This document shows positions 42,133 through 49,456 of a stretch of 64,000 nucleotides of DNA, piece by piece. The translations under genes were made by a program, and so were the position numbers. Source of the stretch: Vulcanimicrobiota bacterium. Lineage in GTDB: Bacteria; Vulcanimicrobiota; Vulcanimicrobiia; Vulcanimicrobiales; Vulcanimicrobiaceae. The notes under the pieces were generated by a model. The model worked only from the letters and a program-made list of their open reading frames with translations, ran no database searches and was not told where the DNA came from. Position 1 is the first letter of the stretch, and each line of letters begins with the position of its first letter. The stretch lies in assembly GCA_963714015.1 (NCBI GenBank), contig OY970223.1, positions 2,848,001 to 2,912,000 of the forward strand. Direction: 5' to 3'.

Positions 42133-42681
42133 ATGCTGATGGACGCCTATCTGCAGTCGAGGTCGTGGACGCTGGGCGATACGCGTCCTGCCACGGATCC
42201 TAGACAATGGGCTCGCTATTCTTCGCTTCGTCGCGCACAGCGCCGTCGAACACCCCGTGTGCTCAACGCCAAAAAGGACGGTGAGGCGGTGCATACCGAG
42301 TGAAAAAAGACGAACCCCGAAGGCGCAGCCTACGGGATTCGAAAACGCCCGACGGGGAGCAGGTCCTGCAAGATGAGCTCCGCCGTTCAGCACGGTCATT
42401 AAAGCACATCCGGATGCGCCGTTCAAGTGGCGCTGCGGCGTCTGCTTCCCGTCGGGCTTTCTCCACTTCAGCTTCGGAGGAAAGCCCGCATGAAAAGCAC
42501 CCTACCGATTTCGAAACGCCGTTCGCGCGGCCAGCGCGATTCCCGTCGCAAAGATGCCGCCGAATGCGAGATCGTTCTGCGGCGCGAGAACGCCCCGGCG
42601 TTGACGGACGGCCACGATCTTGAGCCGTTACTACTGTTGCGCTTGTTGCAAGAGGCCGACGAGGGAAACGGCGATGCCTAA
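42133..42681 (+). other. Run of small overlapping basic ORFs (42133-42303, 42300-, 42490-42681)
   Basis: GGAGG RBS and stop/start overlaps; phage/ICE early-operon style. Confidence 0.45.
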
Positions 42682-43123
42682 ACGACCCAGCTTCCTGACG
42701 GCGCGCCGAGTGGCGATTGCCCAGATAGCCGTGCCCACGGCAAAAGGCCTGATGTTCTCAGAGACCGCGGTCGAGATTTGTCCCAAGAACCCGCTTACCG
42801 ATTATCGCCGTTCTCTCGGCTTCGAGATCACCGATGCCGCAAAAGTCACCGGGCTGCCGGCGAATCTTTTCCTAGCCATTGAAGCCGCAACGGTCGACAT
42901 GTCGGCCCGCGAAGTGCTTGTGCTTCGCGGGCTGTACGAGCAAATCGCCGAGCACGCGAACTCGCCCTCTCAGAAACAACGCGAATGCGACGACCGCAAC
43001 GTGAAAAGTTGGGATGACGACCTCTCGCGTGAGATCGATGGTGTCGTCGAGAGCGGAACGCCGATAGCTCTTGCATACATCGACCTATTGGGGAGATCGT
43101 TGCCTGACGGTGACAAGTGTTGA
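42674..43123 (+). CDS. XRE-type helix-turn-helix protein
   Basis: LTDYRRSLGFEITDAAKVTGL...LAIE. Confidence 0.65.
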   Translation: MPKRPSFLTARRVAIAQIAVPTAKGLMFSETAVEICPKNPLTDYRRSLGFEITDAAKVTGLPANLFLAIEAATVDMSAREVLVLRGLYEQIAEHANSPSQKQRECDDRNVKSWDDDLSREIDGVVESGTPIALAYIDLLGRSLPDGDKC

Positions 43124-43294
43124 GCACTCGAAAATTTACGACGCGCCGGTCGTACTGGCCGTATACGACTCGCTTTGCACTTTTAAGAAACGAAGATTCG
43201 CACGACCCCTTGCACGAGAGATACGTCTGAAACAGACAGCACTTCTGATTTTTCGCAAGAGATCTTTGAAAACTGAATAACGATTTTAACTTGC

Positions 43295-43404
43295 GGCTCT
43301 CCGCCAAGCGGAGACGTGACGGAGAGCCGATGTGCGGTGCGCGTTCTTTTATCTTCAAAAGCCGTGATGGCTCTCCATCCTTCGACGACATGGGCGGAGA
43401 GCCG
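43295..43404 (+). repeat. Two hairpin units GGCTCTCC-N10-GACRTG-N1-2-CGGAGAGCCG with a 39-nt spacer; candidate ncRNA
   Basis: Units at 43295-43329 and 43369-43404, intergenic. Confidence 0.7.
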
Positions 43405-43437
43405 GATATCGAAATCTGTCACCGGTTAGCGCCAGAA

Positions 43438-44082
43438 TTACCATGCGATCCGCCCGGGCCACGGCTTGCCGCTGAGCCGTTCGATTGCGTTACGTGTGCC
43501 TCGATATCGATCACCGTCATAGGCGGCTTTCCGAACCGTCTCGACAATGGACAGCACGACGGCGTTCTCGCGCGCAGTTCGCGCCGGCATGGCGATGTAT
43601 TCGTAGCCGGCGACGACGTCCGGAGGCACGTCGGCGAGCAGGATGAGGTCGCGAATGATCCGCTCGAAGCGAAAGCCGGCATGATTCTTTAGAACGATCG
43701 AAACGTGCCCGGCGGTCGAGTGCACGATTCGAACTTGGGTTTCGAAGTTTTCGAGGTTGCCCAACGTGCGCAGACACATGGCCAGCGTCCGCACCGTGAA
43801 GCGGCCGACGCGAGCGTCGCCGATTTTGCGGTCCATCGTTCGGCAAACTTCGGAGATCGCGGTCGAGGCGGCTTTCTCTGCGGCTTCGAAATTAAATTGG
43901 TGCGGGCGAAGATCGAGGTCTCCGGCTGGCGCTTCGAACCTCAGATGCATGGTTTGTCGCACTTCGTCGAGCGGGAATCGTCGACAGTGTACTTGGATTT
44001 TGCCTCCTGCGATGGTGCAGACCATCTCCTTGTCGAGAAATTGCGCTCGTCCTGCTTCCGGAAAGTACGTTGACTTCATCAT
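43438..44082 (-). CDS. Hypothetical protein
   Basis: AGGAG RBS; 214-aa ORF. Confidence 0.7.
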   Translation of the reverse strand: MMKSTYFPEAGRAQFLDKEMVCTIAGGKIQVHCRRFPLDEVRQTMHLRFEAPAGDLDLRPHQFNFEAAEKAASTAISEVCRTMDRKIGDARVGRFTVRTLAMCLRTLGNLENFETQVRIVHSTAGHVSIVLKNHAGFRFERIIRDLILLADVPPDVVAGYEYIAMPARTARENAVVLSIVETVRKAAYDGDRYRGTRNAIERLSGKPWPGRIAW

Positions 44083-44126
44083 TTTTCTCCTGCGGTTGAC
44101 GCAGTCCAAGACCGCGGAGAAAAACG

Positions 44127-45032
44127 TCATCGAAAGTCGGAGTACCGCCAGTCCTTTATGAAGCGCACCTCGTCGGAAAGCATTCTTTCGGGGTTTTCGA
44201 CAACATAGCTGCGCATCCACAAATCGGCTAGACACAAGAGCGACGTCTCGAGCACTTCGATTTGAGTGTCTTGACAGCCGGCGACCGCCATGGCGGCGAT
44301 CGCGAGTCGCCCGGGCACGTTGTCCGCAAGGAGTTTCAAGCGCGTCACCGTCAGTGTCGGCTCGACCCACCTCCTGAAAGCCTTTTCGAAAACCCTGCGA
44401 TGTCGGTGGAGGTACATCAGATCGATTTTCGCGGTTTCCCGTCTCAAGACGGACTGGATACCGTCGAGAAACGCGTCGCGCCGGCTTCTGGCGACCTCGT
44501 GGACCTCAAAGACGTAGCGCGCAAGCGACTGCGAACTGTCGAAGTCGCTGCCGCGATTCATGGCAAAGCCGATGGCGACGTTGTCGTTGTGGTCCAAAAC
44601 CGTGCTTCCACTAAGCGCGCTCGCCGCGCTTAATCCAAGCCAGAGATCGTAAACGTCGTCGCGCAACTGCTTGGACCGTGGTACGGCCAACGCGGTCGCC
44701 AGCGTGCCGACGACGTCGATATAATGACCGCAGGTCCAGAGCATCCATAGACCGCTGCACCAGGCGATTCCCGATGATTTCAAAGCTTCGCCCAGAGCCC
44801 AAGAGCGTCGCGCGTCCGGAGCATGCACGCCTCGTCTCCAATCGTCGAAACTTTTGCCTGCGGTAGTAGAGGATTTCGGATCCCATTTTTCGATGGCGCG
44901 CTCCAGCGCCCTTACTACGCGACCGCGATAGGGACGCACGTCAAGACGGTTTTTCCGACCTTCGGCCTTGACCAACATTTTCAGTATGCGCGAAAGGCGC
45001 TGTTCTACGGCATTCTTCAGAGTGCGCGGCAT
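44127..45032 (-). CDS. Hypothetical protein with a possible XRE-like DNA-binding region, divergent from the transposase
   Basis: KSFDDWRRGVHAPDARRSWALGEAL. Confidence 0.7.
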   Translation of the reverse strand: MPRTLKNAVEQRLSRILKMLVKAEGRKNRLDVRPYRGRVVRALERAIEKWDPKSSTTAGKSFDDWRRGVHAPDARRSWALGEALKSSGIAWCSGLWMLWTCGHYIDVVGTLATALAVPRSKQLRDDVYDLWLGLSAASALSGSTVLDHNDNVAIGFAMNRGSDFDSSQSLARYVFEVHEVARSRRDAFLDGIQSVLRRETAKIDLMYLHRHRRVFEKAFRRWVEPTLTVTRLKLLADNVPGRLAIAAMAVAGCQDTQIEVLETSLLCLADLWMRSYVVENPERMLSDEVRFIKDWRYSDFR

Positions 45033-45159
45033 GTCCAGATCATCGTTCCAGATCAGCCGGCACGACCTTTTTTAAAATCGCCGGGCTGCGTTCGGGCAAC
45101 GCAGGGAAGTACAATTGCGCCACGTTGGGCCGCTCGATACTGAGTGCCCCGCGAAAAAC

Positions 45160-45640
45160 CGGCTCCTTGAAAACCGAAAATTTGAAATGTCGGCCGCAGG
45201 CTGGCGCATGCACGATCTCGTTGTTTACGTCGAGGACGCGCATGTCGCTCCGTTATGCGGCGTCAATGAGCGGCGTCCGAGTCGGCATAGCCGGAATTTC
45301 AACGTCGCAGTCACTCGAGCCCGGAAGGCGGGCGAATCGCGAACGGTGAGGGCCTCACCGTTCGCGAGAACGATGAGGCCCCTACACAAGTCCCCGGTGG
45401 CATCTCCAGTTTTCGACGCTGAGAGCCGTCGGGCACCCGACCAGTATGCGCTTTCCGCTACCGCCCTCGCAAGGGGGCACGCGGGCGCGGTCGGACCCGA
45501 CCGGGGACGCACCGCAACAGGAGATTGTTGTGCGTAAAACTCCAGAAAACGGGCGCTTCTATCGAGCGCCAATTCGGCATGCGTCGATTTGGACGCGCGT
45601 TATGCGCGAGAACGGCTGCGTCCGCCCGGGAGGCAGGATC
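45160..45640 (+). ncRNA. Candidate structured non-coding RNA/leader upstream of the transposase
   Basis: At least eight hairpins, including a perfect 14-bp stem (45337-45367) and a GCAA tetraloop; no credible ORF. Confidence 0.5.
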
Positions 45641-45642
45641 CC

Positions 45643-47410
45643 ATGCTGAGCCCGGGGCACGGCACACCTGCGAAGCCTAGCGAGGTCTTCCCGTACAAGC
45701 CGCCGCGCTTCATCCGCGAGGATTCCAAGCGCGCCCGGCTAGAGGCGGACGCCCTGGCCGCCATGGCGGATGCGGGCATGGGCCGCAAAGATGTCCGCTA
45801 CGTGCACGCCCTGGAGGACGAGCCCGTCGATCAGGCCCAGCTCGATGACGAGGTCAAGGGATCGCCCGACGGTACGATTTTCTGGGTGCGGTCCAGCTCG
45901 TGCCGGCAGTGCAGCGGCAAGAAGCCGCGCCGCCGCCGGGACAAGAAAACCGGGAAGCTCATCGAGCCCAAGAGCAAGCCGCACGCTCCGGGCAAATGCC
46001 GCAAGCGGGAGCGAGAGCGCGTCACCCGCATGGGCGAAGACGTCTTCACGTGCTCGCACAAAGGCTGGAAGAACGCCCAGCAGTGCGTGCACATCCGCAA
46101 GGCCAAGAAGAAACTGGGCATCCTCTCCGGTCCGTACTCGACGGCGCGCCGCCGCAAGCCGACGATCTGGATCTTCTCCTCCGGCTTTAAGGAGGCGACG
46201 CGCCGAAGCAACGCCTACAAAGAGATGCCCAGACGCGTTCCGCAACTCGCCTACGAATTCTGCCGGCGCTTCGTCACGCCGCCGCGGAGTGCCGGGCGTA
46301 CCGGAATTCCGTTGGCCGCAGTGTGCTTCGCGCTGCTGATGAAGGTGTTCATAAACCGCGATTATGACGGCATGGTGCACACGCTCGCGCACGACGAGAC
46401 CGTCAGCAAGTTCTGGCGATTGCTCGCGCCAAATTTCGCGGACGAGTTGCCGGAAACAGGCACGTTTTCGAAGCGCTTCGGCAACGAAAATCTGACGCCG
46501 TACATGTACGACATCATCCCTGCGCAGGGCAAAATGGGCCGCAAGATCGATTACATGAACCTGATCGATTCGGACCAGCATCCCAAGATACCGACCATGA
46601 ATTCGTGCACGCTCAAGTTCGGCGGTCCGCCGCCGGCGTGGCGGAAGGTGGCGGAGATGGTGAAGCGCCACTTCGGGATCGGCAACGTGAGCAACCTGAT
46701 CGTCGCGCTGGACGTGACGCTCGACACCGGCATCGGCTCGAGCGACGGCTGCCATCTGCCCAGCATGGCGCGCCAAATGTTGGAAGCGCAGGGACGGCCG
46801 TTTCCCTCGGCCGCGGATCAGGCGTACTCGGGCAAACGCAACTTCCGCGAGTTGCAAAAGATGGGATTCGAAGCGCTCTACATTCCCGAGAAGGCGAACG
46901 AGCAGCGCCTGACGGCGCGCAACGAGTGGTGCGAACTGGCGAAGAAAATGGCGGCGTTCGAAAAGGACCGCGAGCACGAGTACAAGTCAAACCAACGCAA
47001 TCGCAGCAAGGCCGAGAACTACCCGTCAAGATCGAAGCACTACTATCCGATGGGACGGCTGCGCGCGCGAAAGGGCGATCCGAAGCCGGATTACCCGAAG
47101 GATCTGAAACTCACGGACGACGGGAAACTGGACGAGCAGTCTGTCTCTGCTCCCAGAGGACGTCATCGAACGCATCATCAAGGCCGCGGAAGTCGCAGTC
47201 GGCGTCGCCCCTTTGAACGAAACGCTCGCGGTCGCCATCGTTGACAACCTGCGCTCGCTGGTGATGCTGGAGCACCTCTTCGACGTGCGCGTGGACTTCG
47301 ACGATCCGGAGTGGGCGTTCGAGGGGATCACGACGGTTTTCGAAGAGGAGATCCGCATCCAGGTGTCAGGACCGAGGCCGCGGCCGTCGGACGGAATGGA
47401 CCCGGCGTAG
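45643..47410 (+). CDS. SWIM-like zinc finger + IS4/IS5-like DDE transposase (frameshift ~47150)
   Basis: FTCSH...QCVHI finger; LIDSD, AADQAYS and RSKAEN catalytic motifs; NETLAVAIVDNL C-terminal helix; GGGAGG RBS. Confidence 0.8.
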
Positions 47411-47958
47411 CCGGCGCTGGCGCGTCGCGCCGTGCCACTCGGCCGGACAGGTGCGCGTGCCAAAGCGTTCGCCGATCACGGCCTGCAACGGCACCATGAG
47501 ATCCATGGATGACGGACCGGAGTTCCGCGATGAACTCCGGCCCGCGCGTCCCCGCAGAAAGTCGGATTCATCGATCTCGATGAAGCACTCCCGCTCGTTC
47601 TCGCGGATTCGGCACCCCAATCGTTGCGCGGTCCGCGGCCCGTCACCGAATACCAGCGCGGGCGGTTTTCGGCGGGAAAGCGCAAACGCCGTGCGGTTCA
47701 CGAGACCTTCGCTCGTCAGCGGTTCCACTCGCCGTCGGTCTCTTCGAACCGGTCGCGTTCCGGAGCCATCCGGCCGTTGGGGTAGCCGCAAGCGATGCTG
47801 CCGAAGTAGAGGTATCCGTTGCGCCAAACCTTCGGAAGGTCGTCAAGCCGGTCCGCGACCGGCGTCTCGTCGTCGCCCGGCTTTTCCGAAAGCAGCGCTT
47901 CGAGCGCCGCGTCCAGGCCAGCAATGTGCTTCTCGGTGTTGCAGTCGATGATGTGCAT
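47366..47958 (-). CDS. Hypothetical protein (frameshift ~47720)
   Basis: GGGAG RBS and MHIIDCN start; continues in a second frame. Confidence 0.45.
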
Positions 47959-48022
47959 TTGCGTCTCCCGTGATCGACGGAATAGTAGCATCGATCTTCG
48001 TCTGATGAAAGTCGCGCCGAAG

Positions 48023-48056
48023 GAAAAGAGCCCGACCTCATCGCCGGACTCTTTTC
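48023..48056. terminator. Terminator-like hairpin inside the right end
   Basis: GAAAAGAGCCCG-N10-CGGACTCTTTTC. Confidence 0.7.
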
Positions 48057-48071
48057 GTGTTCCTCGCGCGC

Positions 48072-48184
48072 GCGAATGCTGGAAATCCGTTATTCGTTAT
48101 GCGAATTCTGGAAATGGGCGCGAATTCCGCAAATCCGATTTTGCGTAGGGGCCAATTCTGGAAACGCCTTGCAAAATTGGATTT
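48072..48184 (+). repeat. Right-end motif array: four direct copies plus one inverted half-site
   Basis: 48072 GCGAATGCTGGAAATCC, 48101 GCGAATTCTGGAAAT, 48120 GCGAATTCCGCAAATCCGATT, 48151 GCCAATTCTGGAAAC; inverted AAATCCAATTTTGC at 48171-48184. Confidence 0.85.
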
Positions 48185-48197
48185 ACGGTGTACGACA

Positions 48198-48206
48198 CGC
48201 TACATC
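48198..48206 (+). repeat. Right 9-bp direct repeat CGCTACATC overlapping the fliE stop
   Basis: Identical to 2554-2562. Confidence 0.8.
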
Positions 48207-48550
48207 TGCATTTGGGAGATTTCGTTGTACGCGCTGAGCAGCTTGTTGCGGATAGCCAAGGTGAACTGCATTGCAAGGTTCGCCTCTTCGACCGACGTCA
48301 CGACCTTGCTCACGTCGTTCGTCTTGCCCGTGGCTAGATCTTGGGAAAGCTGATTGGACTGCGTGACCTTGTCATTGACGTCGCCCAAAAACGACTGCAC
48401 CGTATCTTTGAAAGACGGCGTTCCGGAGACGCCGGCCGCGCCCGCCGAAGAATTGCCGCTCGAATCGCTGCTGCCCACGCCGACGTCCGGAACGAACGTT
48501 CCGGGAATGGCCTTGCTCATGGCGGCGTTGTAGCCTGCGTTGATTTCCAT
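48200..48550 (-). CDS. fliE: Flagellar hook-basal body protein FliE
   Basis: EEANLAMQFTLAIRNKLLSAYNEISQMQM; follows flgBC. Confidence 0.95.
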   Translation of the reverse strand: MEINAGYNAAMSKAIPGTFVPDVGVGSSDSSGNSSAGAAGVSGTPSFKDTVQSFLGDVNDKVTQSNQLSQDLATGKTNDVSKVVTSVEEANLAMQFTLAIRNKLLSAYNEISQMQM

Positions 48551-48552
48551 TT

Positions 48553-48996
48553 TTATCCTGCACTGCGCAGCAGATTCAAAGTTGCGCTCGACATGAGGCG
48601 AGCTTCTTGCATTGCGGAGACGTTTGCCTGATAGGCGCGCGAAGCGGCCATCAGATCGACCATCTCTTTGATTACCGAGACGTTCGGATAGTGAACGTAG
48701 CCGCGCGCGTCGGCGTCGGGGTTGCTCGGATCGAACTCGAGCCGATCGGGACTGTTGTCCTGCGTGATGCCGAGCACTTGAACGCCGTCCTGTGACGAGG
48801 AACTGCTCTCGGGATCGCCCGGATCGGACGAGCCGCCGGTTTTCTGCGCGAAGACGACCAGCTGCCGTTTGAACGGGCCGCCCTGCGGCGTATGCGTCGT
48901 GTTGGCGTTGGCGATGTTGTTGGCGATGACGTCCATCGCCAGCCGTTCGGCCGAAAGGCCGGAAGCGCTGATCTCGACCGAATCGTATAAACTCAT
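48553..48996 (-). CDS. flgC: Flagellar basal-body rod protein FlgC
   Basis: ISASGLSAERLAMDVIANNIANANT; YPNVSVIKEMVDLMAASRAYQAN. Confidence 0.97.
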   Translation of the reverse strand: MSLYDSVEISASGLSAERLAMDVIANNIANANTTHTPQGGPFKRQLVVFAQKTGGSSDPGDPESSSSSQDGVQVLGITQDNSPDRLEFDPSNPDADARGYVHYPNVSVIKEMVDLMAASRAYQANVSAMQEARLMSSATLNLLRSAG

Positions 48997-49424
48997 TGCG
49001 GCTGCTCCGTTACGGCCTCACGAAGGCGCATGAACTGCACTTGAAGCAGCTGCGACATCGTCTGCGAGTAGCTGGAGTTTTGCGCCAGCGAGGCGGATTC
49101 TTGATCCAGGTCGATGTTGCTGCCGTCAACGCGCATTTGATCGCTGTCGTCCACTTGTATCTGCGGGTCGAACGGAACGGGGCCGTTCGTACCGCCCAGT
49201 TGCCGGCCGTCGTCGACCGCCATCGGCAATTCGTCGCTAGAGGCGGGATCGCCCGAGGCCGCCGCCAGCTCGTCTTTGAAATTGACGGTTTGACGCCGGT
49301 AATTCGGCGTGTTCATGTTCGCAATGTTGGAGGCTATCGCGCTGTTCTCCAGACCTGCTCCGGAAATCGCGTTGCTCAACGTGTCGACCGTCGAACCGAA
49401 GCCCACGGCGCTGATGTCACTCAT
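48993..49424 (-). CDS. flgB: Flagellar basal-body rod protein FlgB
   Basis: IASNIANMNTPNY; RVDGSNIDLDQE. Confidence 0.95.
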   Translation of the reverse strand: MSDISAVGFGSTVDTLSNAISGAGLENSAIASNIANMNTPNYRRQTVNFKDELAAASGDPASSDELPMAVDDGRQLGGTNGPVPFDPQIQVDDSDQMRVDGSNIDLDQESASLAQNSSYSQTMSQLLQVQFMRLREAVTEQPQ

Positions 49425-49456
49425 TACCTACCGTATCGGCCGCAGGCAGGCGCCTT

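Larger units (their letters stand above)
2563..48197. mobile_element. ~45.6 kb genomic island / large transposon inserted at the 3' end of fliE
   Basis: 9-bp direct repeats, shared end motifs, accessory gene content and a transposase near the right end; removal rejoins the fliE stop codon to a terminator. Confidence 0.85.

Noticed and set aside
43295..43404. CRISPR array
   Set aside because: Only two units, differing over 10 central bases, and no cas genes in the window; kept as a candidate ncRNA instead.
45115..45572. ORFs 45115-45537 (+) and 45225-45572 (-), and the many long antisense ORFs across the window
   Set aside because: No RBS or recognisable motifs; typical shadow ORFs of GC-rich DNA.
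47517..47540. 9-bp inverted repeat CCGGAGTTC/GAACTCCGG as a transposon end
   Set aside because: It is a local hairpin ~100 bp after the transposase with no partner upstream; more likely a transcript-end structure.
48060..48197. Tn7-like right end (ends in ACA, multiple binding sites)
   Set aside because: No matching TGT left end, no 5-bp duplication, no tnsABC/tniQ genes, and the motifs are direct rather than inverted between ends.
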